A stretch of DNA of 63,038 nucleotides, filler included, from a bacterium (GCA_026985515.1; 5 parts of 5 records of this genome joined end to end with filler, not necessarily neighbours in it), one strand, 5' to 3'; positions 1 through 8,978 are shown, numbered from the whole stretch's first letter. Made by a program: numbers and translations. Notes: generated by a model from the sequence alone, not told the origin.

Positions 1-783
1 GAGGGGAAAAAATTGCTCATGGGTTTTGCATGGGGTGGTTATCTTGCAAGGTCAGCAGATGAGAGGAGATGGATACTTGAGGCCACTCCTGCACCAACGG
101 GATGGGGCTTTCCCTTCCCTGATCATTCTGCACTCTTTCTCTGGGTGGGAGCAGAGGGAGAGAATTTCAAATCCAGGTTTTTCTTTTCCGAGAATTCTGA
201 CTCTCTTAAAAACAGTGGATTTACGGGAGTCTTTTTCAAAAAAAATACAGCTATAGATGTTGAATATGTTGTTTCAAGGAGCAGTCTATCAAGGGGGGAT
301 GCCTTTCTTATAAGCGGGAAAGTGGGAAATGATAAAAATTTTATCAAAGCGGGGTATGTGGATGTAAGTGGCTACGATTACACCATTGTGGGAAATGAAA
401 AGCAATCCGCCTTTCAATGCATGGAAGCTTTTCCCCCGGCAGGTAAGATTCTTCTCCCCTATCTCAGAAATCTTCCACCTCTTATTCTGACCTTTGTAGA
501 TGGTGAGCTGAATAAGGGAAGCTTTGGTGTCAGATTATCTGCTTTCAGATATGCGGCATCCGGTTATTCAAAGCCCTTTTCATCATATTTGGGTACCGAG
601 GTGGATTCAGGTCTCTCCTTTGATGGTGGCTTTTATTTTCTCAAATTGGATTATTCCCTTTTATTCTCCGGAGAAGGATTGAAAGAAATAGTCAGTGATT
701 ACCTGACCGAGAACAGGTTGCAGAGTAACTTTTCAGTAAGAAGGACAACTCTTTTGTCAGTTGAGGGGGGAGTACGATTTTAG
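1..783 (+). CDS. Hypothetical protein, probable outer-membrane beta-barrel (5' end probably outside window)
   Basis: Frame open from base 1; Gly/aromatic-rich beta-type sequence ending ...LSVEGGVRF with terminal Phe (beta-signal-like). Confidence 0.5.
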   Translation, partial: EGKKLLMGFAWGGYLARSADERRWILEATPAPTGWGFPFPDHSALFLWVGAEGENFKSRFFFSENSDSLKNSGFTGVFFKKNTAIDVEYVVSRSSLSRGDAFLISGKVGNDKNFIKAGYVDVSGYDYTIVGNEKQSAFQCMEAFPPAGKILLPYLRNLPPLILTFVDGELNKGSFGVRLSAFRYAASGYSKPFSSYLGTEVDSGLSFDGGFYFLKLDYSLLFSGEGLKEIVSDYLTENRLQSNFSVRRTTLLSVEGGVRF

Positions 784-1466
784 GAAAAGATTGAAACAAT
801 TTTTCTCCAGAGTTTCTTGAGCATCCACCACAGCACTTCGTACCACTTTGCCGGGACTTCCGCATAGAGAACCTTTGTGCGGGAGAGGTGAGTCATATCG
901 TAAAGGGAAATTTTCCATGTTACTGTATTCCAGTCAATTTCGTCAGCATTGGTCTCCACAACTTTCCGTGGCATGTGTACTTCATACGTAATGTAGTATT
1001 TCCCCATGGCTTCTTTTATTGCTTTCTCAATGATGGGGTTGTTCCGGCTTGCATGACCATAACCTTTGATTTTTATTCTCAGCACATACCTTCCACCTTC
1101 CAGATCCCAGGAGTATTCTGTTTGTTCATCATTCAGGTATTTGATATTGTCAAAGGCAACTATTATATGCACTCTCTCTGTGTCTTTACTTACATCCTTA
1201 AAGTCGATCTTAAGAAGTTTAACACCTTTTTTCCTTTCATAGTACTTCTTTATACCCTCAGGTGTCAGGGGGAACTGGTGAGTCATCATCCGCTGTTTTA
1301 CCACTGTGGCAAGAAGGCTCTTGTTAACAAGGTAAACAACATTCAGAACCCCTGAACCATCCAGATTGAGGTAGAATTTTGCAGTGTACTCCACGCAACT
1401 TGAAAGTTTCAGAATGAAAACGAGAAGGAGAAGGATTGTTAAGGATTTGAGCTTGTTTCTTAACAC
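780..1466 (-). CDS. Hypothetical lipoprotein (LppM/DUF3153-like)
   Basis: Signal peptide with lipobox-like LSSC followed by LNLDGSG; C-terminal hydrophobic/amphipathic WYEVLWWMLKKLWRKIVSIFS; GTG start. Confidence 0.55.
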   Translation of the reverse strand: MLRNKLKSLTILLLLVFILKLSSCVEYTAKFYLNLDGSGVLNVVYLVNKSLLATVVKQRMMTHQFPLTPEGIKKYYERKKGVKLLKIDFKDVSKDTERVHIIVAFDNIKYLNDEQTEYSWDLEGGRYVLRIKIKGYGHASRNNPIIEKAIKEAMGKYYITYEVHMPRKVVETNADEIDWNTVTWKISLYDMTHLSRTKVLYAEVPAKWYEVLWWMLKKLWRKIVSIFS

Positions 1467-1472
1467 GGGAAA

Positions 1473-1501
1473 ATTTTATCAGAAAGGCATTTTGATGGCA
1501 A
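1473..1501 (-). promoter_or_regulatory. Sigma70-like promoter, leaderless-type
   Basis: TTGCCA-N17-TAAAAT with TG extension, 6 nt before the GTG at 1466, no SD. Confidence 0.6.
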
Positions 1502-1508
1502 AAAAAAA

Positions 1509-1585
1509 TGGCGGGGCCGACGAGACTTGAACTCGCGACCTCCGGCGTGACAGGCCGGCGTTCTAACCAGCTGAACTACGACCCC
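1509..1585 (-). tRNA. tRNA-Asp(GTC)
   Basis: GGGGTCGTAGTTCAGCTGGTTAGAACGCCGGCCTGTCACGCCGGAGGTCGCGAGTTCAAGTCTCGTCGGCCCCGCCA; cloverleaf with encoded CCA. Confidence 0.97.
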
Positions 1586-1594
1586 GCTCTAAAA

Positions 1595-1670
1595 TGGTGG
1601 GCGAAACAGGACTCGAACCTGTGGCCCCCAGCTTGTAAGGCTGGTGCTCTCCCAGCTGAGCTATTCGCCC
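1595..1670 (-). tRNA. tRNA-Val(TAC)
   Basis: GGGCGAATAGCTCAGCTGGGAGAGCACCAGCCTTACAAGCTGGGGGCCACAGGTTCGAGTCCTGTTTCGCCCACCA; cloverleaf with encoded CCA. Confidence 0.97.
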
Positions 1671-1672
1671 CC

Positions 1673-1948
1673 TTATTTTTTAACTTCCTCTTTCAGACTT
1701 GAACTCGGTCTGAATTTTGGTACTCTGGTTGCTGGTATTTTTATCTTTTCCCTGGTTGCCGGGTTAATACCCTCTCTTTCCTTTCTCTCAACCACTTCAA
1801 AGATTCCAAAACCCGCAATGGAAACTCTTTCTCCCTTTTTCAATGCTTCCTTTATGATGCCAAAAACTGCATTTGTTGCATGTTCAGCATCCTTTTTCTT
1901 TAATCCAGTTTTTTCTGCCACCAGTTTCACAAGTTCACTTTTGTTCAT
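1673..1948 (-). CDS. hup: DNA-binding protein HU
   Basis: MNKSELV..., GFGIFEV, REGINPAT..., PKFRPSSSLKEEVK signature; AAGGAG SD. Confidence 0.95.
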   Translation of the reverse strand: MNKSELVKLVAEKTGLKKKDAEHATNAVFGIIKEALKKGERVSIAGFGIFEVVERKEREGINPATREKIKIPATRVPKFRPSSSLKEEVKK

Positions 1949-1982
1949 TTTTACTCCTTTTATCTTTGATTTCCAGTTATTA

Positions 1983-2010
1983 ATTTTACACAGAGAAGCT
2001 ATTCTGTCAA
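1983..2010 (-). promoter_or_regulatory. Sigma70-like promoter for hup-tRNA-Val-tRNA-Asp
   Basis: TTGACA-N16-TAAAAT upstream of hup. Confidence 0.6.
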
Positions 2011-2023
2011 GATGGAGTGCCGA

Positions 2024-3607
2024 TTACCTTGTCAATGCTTCATGAAAATAGAGTCTAATTCTGCTAATAGGGGTTATTCTTGTTCCTGGATAGTAAAATT
2101 GCAGGATTTCCCTGTAATTTTTCCCTGCTCTGGCCATGTAATAGGCACCCCACTGACTGAGTCCAACTCCGTGACCGTACCCCTTACCTTCAAAAATGTA
2201 GAGATTGCCTTTTTTCCTGAGAGTGAATATTGCACTTCTGATTTTTGAGGGACCAACGATTAATCGAAAATTGTTTGTTCTGATTTTGATATTCCCTCTT
2301 GATGTTTTGATGAGGAGGAATATCACTGTCTGGCCATCTCTTACCGGGATTATCTTTTTAACACTTCCCATGAATGGATATGCTCTTTTTAATCTGGTGG
2401 TTATTTCTGAAAGGGATAGGGTGTACCTCCACTTCTGGGGATGATACATACACCAGGGATCTATGCCTCTTGCAAAGTAGGGAAATGAAACTCCCCACAC
2501 ATTTTCAGGCACCTCCCTGAAGCCTCCGTCACAGGAGTGAAAGTATGCAAGAATGGGGTATCCGTTGTAGGTTAGAATTTCACCCTTTGTTGCCTCTATT
2601 GCCATGTTTGTAGCGGGATTTTCGATGGATGCCCCTTTGTACACCTGGGAAAGGACTGTGGATTCAAGATCATATTCATTTTTCTGCAGAATGTGGTATA
2701 GAGCATAGGTTCTTGCTGCCACTGCCTGTGCCTTCAGAGCTTCAAAGGGCCAGCGGGGATTGATCTCCCAGGGGAGTACTCCTTTCAGATAATCTTCCAG
2801 TGGGAGGACATTTATCACCTCTATTTTTCCATTATCCAGTAATTTCAGTATGAAGGATCCTCTGTATCGTTTCCCCCGGAAGGAAAGTGTTTTTCTATAT
2901 GATCTTATGGTGAAAGTTGTCCCGGCCGGGAATTGATTGCTGTTTATTTCCTGAAGAGATCTTAGTGTATCAGAGATCCCGCCTGGCAGAAAAACAGTTA
3001 TGGCAGAAAAGTTGATTTTACCCAGCTCCCTGAAAGAATGTATCATTCCCAGTTTAACCTTAACTGGTGGATTTTCAGGGATTGTGGCAAAGGGGGGCTT
3101 TCCGGTTTTCTTTTTCGAGGGCTTGTGAGTCCCTCTTTCCTGGATTTTGAATTTCTTAATTTCTCCCATCATGTAGTTGATCGAGGCAATTTCAGGACGA
3201 CCCCTGTAAATTGATTTTAGATTTTCAAGAATTTTTAAGGCCTTTTTTACTTCGCCTTTCCTCGCATGTGCCTGGGTAAGGCCAAAGAAGGATTTCAGGT
3301 ACTCTTCTGAAAAAGGTTTTGCATATTCAAGGGAGTGAGAGTATGCTTTCAGAGCATCCGAGGGATCATGGAGATAAAAGAGGTATATGTCTCCTTCTTC
3401 TTTGTAAAGTTTTGCCTTCTCGTGAGGTGATAGTTTAACGCTTTCCCATGTTTTCAGGTAGGATACCGCTCCCGCAAAATCCCCCCTGAGAATAAGCTCT
3501 CTGCTCTTCTGAATGAAAATGGGATCAGCAAAAAGGTATCTGTTGCTTAAAAGCAGAAGCAGGATATAATAAAGAATATGAAACTTTCCGAACTTATACG
3601 CAAACAT
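2024..3607 (-). CDS. SpoIID/LytB-domain protein (lytic transglycosylase family) with N-terminal TPR region
   Basis: LEDYLKGVLPWE, EALKAQAVAARTYA, GYGHGVGLSQWGA and YREILQFYYPG motifs; signal peptide and TPR-like helices at N-terminus. Confidence 0.9.
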   Translation of the reverse strand: MFAYKFGKFHILYYILLLLLSNRYLFADPIFIQKSRELILRGDFAGAVSYLKTWESVKLSPHEKAKLYKEEGDIYLFYLHDPSDALKAYSHSLEYAKPFSEEYLKSFFGLTQAHARKGEVKKALKILENLKSIYRGRPEIASINYMMGEIKKFKIQERGTHKPSKKKTGKPPFATIPENPPVKVKLGMIHSFRELGKINFSAITVFLPGGISDTLRSLQEINSNQFPAGTTFTIRSYRKTLSFRGKRYRGSFILKLLDNGKIEVINVLPLEDYLKGVLPWEINPRWPFEALKAQAVAARTYALYHILQKNEYDLESTVLSQVYKGASIENPATNMAIEATKGEILTYNGYPILAYFHSCDGGFREVPENVWGVSFPYFARGIDPWCMYHPQKWRYTLSLSEITTRLKRAYPFMGSVKKIIPVRDGQTVIFLLIKTSRGNIKIRTNNFRLIVGPSKIRSAIFTLRKKGNLYIFEGKGYGHGVGLSQWGAYYMARAGKNYREILQFYYPGTRITPISRIRLYFHEALTR

Positions 3608-4012
3608 GATTTCTTCGTAGATTATATCACATTTTATGAGGATGCCATAAATCTCTATATTGACGATAGGCTGAAAGAGGTTTATGGGGACAGAAAATTG
3701 AAAAAGGTCCTTGAGAGGTTTCTTGGTAAATTTGGGGAGAGAAGAGTCGTTTTTTTTCCCACAGATCTTGCATCAGCTCCACCACTTAATATTGTTCTGG
3801 GGAGTGAAGACTATAAATTCCTTTTTGAGTATGATGATTTCAAAGAGGGTGACATACTTGTAAAGACTGACCATGTTACAATGATGTCGGTGGGACTGAG
3901 AAGTATTTCCGTTTTGAGAGCTCTGATAGAGGAAAGAATGGATGTCTATCCTTTTTATCCATTACTTGAGAAAATAAGGCTTGCGAAGATCTTTAACCTC
4001 AGGATTTTTTAA
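3578..4012 (+). CDS. Hypothetical protein, 144 aa
   Basis: Fills the gap between two genes with protein-like composition; upstream TTGCTT-N16-TATAAT at 3543-3570. Confidence 0.65.
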   Translation: MKLSELIRKHDFFVDYITFYEDAINLYIDDRLKEVYGDRKLKKVLERFLGKFGERRVVFFPTDLASAPPLNIVLGSEDYKFLFEYDDFKEGDILVKTDHVTMMSVGLRSISVLRALIEERMDVYPFYPLLEKIRLAKIFNLRIF

Positions 4013-5756
4013 AAAGGCTTTTGATCCTTTCCCATAGACTTTTTCTTTTACTTTCTTTTTTCTCTTCAACACTTTTTTCTCTATCCTCAGTTTCTCTATT
4101 AAGTTCTACTTTTTCCTCTTTTACCACTGGTTTTTCTTCTACCGCATCTTTTGAAGTAGATGGCATCTCTGTTTCAGATTCTTCCTTTTCCTGGACGGCT
4201 GTTATTTTTTTCTTCAGTATCTTGTCAGTCCTGTAGGTTTCCTTTCTCACATATCCATTGGTTTTGAAGACGGCTTTTACACTCTGACCCGTGTCAATAT
4301 CACGAGCTGAAACATGCAGAATGCTTTCTTCATCAAGCTTGAATGTTATTTCTATTTTAACTTCACCAGCTTTTGCCTTTCTTATATTGGGGAAGATGAA
4401 TTCTCCGATAAATTCGTTCTCCTCAACCCTGTCACTTTCACCCTGGTATATCTTTATCTTCACAGCAGGCTGATTGTCTCTAACAGTTTTGAATATCTGC
4501 TTTACCTCAGTTGGAACTCTCGTATTTTTCTTTATGAGCTTCTTAAATTTCCCCCTGGCGAGACCTATGCCTATGGATACAGGCAATACATCCACAAACA
4601 CCATGGGAGCTTCCCCTCTTTCAAGTACATCAGCAAGAATGGCTGCTCCCAGTGCCACAACTTCGTCGGGATGAACACCTTTTCTGGGTGGTCTACCAAA
4701 AAACTCGGTGACAGCTCTTGTGATTATGGGCATCCTGGTCTGTCCACCCACAAGAATAACTTCATTTATATCCGATGGCTTAAGATTAACTTCGTCAAGG
4801 GTCTGCTGAACAATTTTCAGTGTACGCTTCACGAGATCCATTGTGAGCTTTTCCACCTTTTCTCTTGTGAGGGTGATGTCCAGGTTCAGTGGTTTTCCAT
4901 TTTCGTCAACGGTTATGAAGGGAAGGCTGACCCTTGTTTCTGTAAGAGTTGATAGGTCCTTCTTGGCTCTCTCTGCTGCGTCCCTGAGTCGCTGCATGGC
5001 AATGGGATCCCTGCTGAGGTCGATCCCGGTCTGTTTTTTAAATTCGAGGACCATATGCTCAGCAATTCTCTGGTCAAAATCCATCCCCCCCAGAAAGGAG
5101 TCACCACCAATTGCCACCACTTCATATACATCTTCATACAGTTCCAGAATGGAAACATCAAATGTTCCTCCCCCCAGGTCATACACGAGAATCTTTTCAT
5201 TGAGTCTTTTCCCCCATCCATAGGCAAGGGCTGCTGCAGTGGGTTCATTGATGATCCTCAAAACCTTTAGCCCTGCCTTCTCACCTGCTCTCCTGACAGC
5301 TTCTCTCTGTTTCTCATTGAAGTAAGCGGGGACTGTGATTACTGCCCTGTCCACTTCCTCCTCTAAATAATCTTCTGCAATTTCCTTCAGCTCTTCGAGA
5401 ATAAGAGCTGAAACATCGGTCAGATCAAGCACCTTTCCTGCAACTCTTATTGCCGCTTCATCCCGGGGACCTTCAACTATGTCATACATGAACTTCAATT
5501 TTGCCTTTTTAACTATACCGGAGGTGTAGTGTCTGCCCATCAGCCTTTTTGCACCGAGAACTGTATCTCTTGGATTTATAACCATCTGCCTTTTGGCTGC
5601 CTGACCAACGAGTCTGTGGCCTTTATTATCGTAGGCTATCATGGAGGGAACAACCGGATCACCCTGGGGGCTTGGAATAACTTTAGGCCTCCCATTCTCC
5701 ACAATGGCAACCGCCGAATTTGTTGTACCAAGGTCAATTCCGACTACTCTTCCCAT
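3999..5756 (-). CDS. Hsp70/DnaK-family paralogue lacking the helical lid
   Basis: GIDLGTTNS, TVPAYFN, RIINEPTAAALAYG, DLGGGTFDVS, LVGGQTRMP; short C-terminus; no grpE/dnaJ nearby. Confidence 0.92.
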   Translation of the reverse strand: MGRVVGIDLGTTNSAVAIVENGRPKVIPSPQGDPVVPSMIAYDNKGHRLVGQAAKRQMVINPRDTVLGAKRLMGRHYTSGIVKKAKLKFMYDIVEGPRDEAAIRVAGKVLDLTDVSALILEELKEIAEDYLEEEVDRAVITVPAYFNEKQREAVRRAGEKAGLKVLRIINEPTAAALAYGWGKRLNEKILVYDLGGGTFDVSILELYEDVYEVVAIGGDSFLGGMDFDQRIAEHMVLEFKKQTGIDLSRDPIAMQRLRDAAERAKKDLSTLTETRVSLPFITVDENGKPLNLDITLTREKVEKLTMDLVKRTLKIVQQTLDEVNLKPSDINEVILVGGQTRMPIITRAVTEFFGRPPRKGVHPDEVVALGAAILADVLERGEAPMVFVDVLPVSIGIGLARGKFKKLIKKNTRVPTEVKQIFKTVRDNQPAVKIKIYQGESDRVEENEFIGEFIFPNIRKAKAGEVKIEITFKLDEESILHVSARDIDTGQSVKAVFKTNGYVRKETYRTDKILKKKITAVQEKEESETEMPSTSKDAVEEKPVVKEEKVELNRETEDREKSVEEKKESKRKSLWERIKSLFKKS

Positions 5757-5765
5757 CAGAACTTA

Positions 5766-5809
5766 ATTATACTTTTAATCTTGACATTTTTCAAAAAAGG
5801 TTTTATTAT
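5766..5809. promoter_or_regulatory. Interleaved bidirectional sigma70-like promoters
   Basis: Minus: TTGAAA(5794-5789)-N17-TATAAT(5771-5766). Plus: TTGACA(5781-5786)-N17-TATTAT(5804-5809). Each -10 is 9 nt from an ATG. Confidence 0.7.
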
Positions 5810-5818
5810 TTTGCGAAA

Positions 5819-7027
5819 ATGAAACAGCTGTTCAGTTTATTGATTTTTCTTTTAGTGCCGATACATCTTGCAGGGTGGAACTCCATAAGAGTCATTGTGG
5901 TTAAGGGAAGTAGATTCCCTGATCTAAAAGGGAAGCCCCTTGCTGCTCTCCATCTTTTCAGGTGTGAGGGAACCTCTCTCGTTTCAATACCATATCAGTG
6001 GGATGAGAAAGATGGGCAGAATAAATTTATCTTTTCTGGTGGTCCCGGAACTCTTTCAGAAAATGATGAGCTTGTATTCAGGTTTTCAGATGGCGGGGAA
6101 AGATGCAATCTACCAGATTTTCACGGGTATGAGATTGCAGTAAGACATGCGGGAGAGGTGAAGTATTTTTACCTTTTGTGCTGCCCTGCTCCTTCAATTG
6201 TCAGAGAGACAGAAGATTATGTGAGTGTGAGTAAGAATTTTAATGTGAAGACCCAGAGGTATGAAATGATTTTTTCAGATAAATACAAAATAGTGCCACT
6301 GGAGTTTGTTTACAGGGAGAAAAATCGTGAAATCCATTTTATGGATGAGGTAAAGACCAGAATCTTTCTCAAGTTTTTCAGATTTTTTCACATTACAAAG
6401 AATGAAACTGATTTTGTAACCAGGAAGCTTGGGGTAATTGATGGTAAGGTCAGGGGTGTATTGGGTATGAAAAACTACACAAAAATGGCTTTTGGAATAC
6501 CTGCTTTTCCCATTTACACTGCTGTGGAGGTGTATCCAGATTATGTTAAATTTCCTGTTCAGATTGAAATTCCCATCGTTCCAGATTCTTTTAAAATAAA
6601 ACTCTGCAATGACTTTAACAACCTGATAGGCTGGAAGGTATATTCTTCATGCAGCAAAAGAGGTTATGTGGTTAAGGGTAACCCCGCCGGGATTGAAGGG
6701 TATAAATGTGACGGGTGGAAGTGGTTTGCCCTTTCAGGCAGGGATTTTTCATTCTGGGTGCTGAGTTTACTTCCACAAAATTATCCAGTGAAGTTTGGTT
6801 TTTACCTCCAGGATGATAAAAATTTCCTTGATCCGCCAGAAAGGTTTCCGGGAGAGGTGCCCGGGATTGGATGGGATATAAGATCACTCAGGAAAATTGA
6901 GAAAAAGGTTAGAAAAATAAGTTTTACCATTTATGACCTTTTTGCTCCTCCCTATCATCCCGGTGACGAAAAATTGATAATCAGGGACCTTCTGTCGGAA
7001 CCCGATATTAAAGTGAATTTCAGGTAA
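5819..7027 (+). CDS. Hypothetical secreted protein (~402 aa)
   Basis: Start reassigned to ATG 5819 (MKQLFSLLIFLLVPIHLA signal peptide, promoter directly upstream); no family recognised. Confidence 0.7.
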   Translation: MKQLFSLLIFLLVPIHLAGWNSIRVIVVKGSRFPDLKGKPLAALHLFRCEGTSLVSIPYQWDEKDGQNKFIFSGGPGTLSENDELVFRFSDGGERCNLPDFHGYEIAVRHAGEVKYFYLLCCPAPSIVRETEDYVSVSKNFNVKTQRYEMIFSDKYKIVPLEFVYREKNREIHFMDEVKTRIFLKFFRFFHITKNETDFVTRKLGVIDGKVRGVLGMKNYTKMAFGIPAFPIYTAVEVYPDYVKFPVQIEIPIVPDSFKIKLCNDFNNLIGWKVYSSCSKRGYVVKGNPAGIEGYKCDGWKWFALSGRDFSFWVLSLLPQNYPVKFGFYLQDDKNFLDPPERFPGEVPGIGWDIRSLRKIEKKVRKISFTIYDLFAPPYHPGDEKLIIRDLLSEPDIKVNFR

Positions 7028-7922
7028 AGATTTCTCTCAGGGCGCTGTCAATGTCGGGATACTGGAAGGTGTAACCCGCCGTGAGAAGTTTTTCAGGAAT
7101 CACCCTCTGGCTGAAGCTCAGATAAAAGGCAAGTTCACCCATAATCAGAGCCATGAGAGGTACCGGAACAGGTATCCAGCAGGGGCGGTGAATGAATTTT
7201 CCTATTTTTTTACAGAATTCCTTCATGGTCACCGGTTCTGGTGCAGTGAGATTTACTGGTCCAGAAATTTCACTGTTTCCTATGATAAAGTTAACCGCTT
7301 CCGTGAAGTCCTTAAGGTGAATCCATGAAAAAAAGTTTTTTCCTCTCCCTGGATATCCCCCCAGGAAAAATTTCATTGGAAGGAGCATCTGTTTTATCAC
7401 AATTGAGTCTTTTGAAATAACACTCCCGGTTCTCAAAAGCACTATTCTTTCAATCTTTTCTTTCTCTTCAAGTGCCACACCTTCCCATTCTTCCACTATC
7501 ATTGAAAGTTCATCTTCACCGGGGAGAAAATTTTCGGTGACTTTTCTTGTGCCGGCGTTTCCGTAGTAACCCACCGCTGATGCACTGATGAGCAGAGAGG
7601 CACTTTTTATGTGTTTAAGAAGGTTTTCTGTAGCTTTCACCCTTGATAGATAGATCCTTCTTTTCTTTTTCTTTGTCCATCTTCCAAAGATCGATTCGCC
7701 GGTAAGGTTGATCACGATGTCCCAATCTTTATTGACTGCTTCACCCCAGCTTCCCTCTTCGGTTAGGTCTGCCTGAAGCGGAATAACTGAGAACTTTTCC
7801 CTCAGATATTCAAGTTTTGACCTGTTTCTTCCAATAGCCGTTACTTCCCATCCCTTTTCTGAAAAGGATGGAATGAGGTTTGAACCCAGAAAACCTGTGG
7901 CTCCTGCCAGTAAAACTTTCAT
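7020..7922 (-). CDS. TIGR01777 (YfcH-like) epimerase-family oxidoreductase
   Basis: GATGFLG, INLTGESIFGRWT, SASAVGYYG, SWIHLKD, GPVNLTAPEPV, SQRVIPEKL. Confidence 0.9.
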   Translation of the reverse strand: MKVLLAGATGFLGSNLIPSFSEKGWEVTAIGRNRSKLEYLREKFSVIPLQADLTEEGSWGEAVNKDWDIVINLTGESIFGRWTKKKKRRIYLSRVKATENLLKHIKSASLLISASAVGYYGNAGTRKVTENFLPGEDELSMIVEEWEGVALEEKEKIERIVLLRTGSVISKDSIVIKQMLLPMKFFLGGYPGRGKNFFSWIHLKDFTEAVNFIIGNSEISGPVNLTAPEPVTMKEFCKKIGKFIHRPCWIPVPVPLMALIMGELAFYLSFSQRVIPEKLLTAGYTFQYPDIDSALREIFT

Positions 7923-7927
7923 TATAC

Positions 7928-8962
7928 TTAATAGGGAATGAGGGGCAGAAGTTCCTCTAAATTTTCAGGTGATATCTTTCTTATCCCATCTTCAATTTCA
8001 TGAACCATCTTTACAATTTTCTCATTTACAGGGGTGGGTACTCCTGCCTCTTTTCCATATTTTACTATGGTGCCATTGATAAAGTCTACTTCTGTTTTCC
8101 TTCCCCGTTCAAGACTCTGGAGACTTGAGGATTTGAGTCTTCTGAATCTCCACCCAATTGCTCTGATAATGGTATCCTTCAAAAAGCGAGAGAATGTAAA
8201 CCCTTTTTTTCTGTCATTTTCAGATGGTGCTAGTTTGTCAATGGGTACCCCTGAGATTTTTTCCAGTTTTATTCCCCTGGCCTGTGCTACCTTGACACCT
8301 TCGTAAATTATTTCTCCAAAGATTTTTCTAAATTCCTTTCTTCTGAGCATTTCTCCGAGGTAGAGACCTGAAACAGCTCCCATTGTAGTTATACATGCGT
8401 TGATTAAAAGTTTTGAATATTTTGCGCCCCAGATATTTTCTGAGATTCTGGTGGGAGTCACATAGTTGAGAATTCGCTGCAGTTCCTTAACTCTTTCAGT
8501 TACTTTTCCATTCCGTTCACCGATGATGAGTTCACCCCTGGATGTCATTTCAACGACGCCAGGTGAGAGGAGAGTACCACCAAAGCCCACTATTCCCCCA
8601 ATAAGTTTTTCCTCAGGAACTATTTCCAGTAACTTATCCTCCACAATCCCATTCTGAAATGTCACCATGAATCCATCTGGCTTCAGGTAGTTTAAAGCAT
8701 CCTTTGCTGCATCGTAAACTGCTGTGGCTTTCATTGTAAGTATAATAATGTCAAATTTTTCTCTCTGATCAGAAAAATTGGCATAAGCCCTTGGTGTGAA
8801 TCGCCAGTTTCCCCTTACCCCTTTTACATAGAGACCATGGGTTCTGATTGCCTGGGTTATTTCAGGGTTCTTGCATATCAGAACAGTATCTTCCTTGTCC
8901 CACACAAATCCACCAATGATACCACCGATTGCTCCACATCCTGCAATAGCTATTGAGGGCAT
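7928..8962 (-). CDS. panE: 2-dehydropantoate 2-reductase (ApbA/PanE family)
   Basis: GCGAIGG, FQNGI, KLLINA, SSLQSLERGRKTEVDFING. Confidence 0.8.
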   Translation of the reverse strand: MPSIAIAGCGAIGGIIGGFVWDKEDTVLICKNPEITQAIRTHGLYVKGVRGNWRFTPRAYANFSDQREKFDIIILTMKATAVYDAAKDALNYLKPDGFMVTFQNGIVEDKLLEIVPEEKLIGGIVGFGGTLLSPGVVEMTSRGELIIGERNGKVTERVKELQRILNYVTPTRISENIWGAKYSKLLINACITTMGAVSGLYLGEMLRRKEFRKIFGEIIYEGVKVAQARGIKLEKISGVPIDKLAPSENDRKKGFTFSRFLKDTIIRAIGWRFRRLKSSSLQSLERGRKTEVDFINGTIVKYGKEAGVPTPVNEKIVKMVHEIEDGIRKISPENLEELLPLIPY

Positions 8963-8978
8963 AAAATCCTCCTTTTGC

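Noticed and set aside
1-1585. tRNA-Asp 3' end as an island integration site
   Set aside because: No integrase or duplicated tRNA end visible in the window
1508-2045. ORFs 1508-1702 and 1644-2045 on the plus strand
   Set aside because: Antisense shadows of the two tRNAs and hup
5720-5818. Upstream extensions given by the ORF track (also at 9717, 29552, 30965, 31635, 32502, 37702, 39865, 45221, 47916, 56143, 61185)
   Set aside because: They overlap neighbouring genes or promoters; downstream starts fit SD sites, promoter positions or family N-termini better
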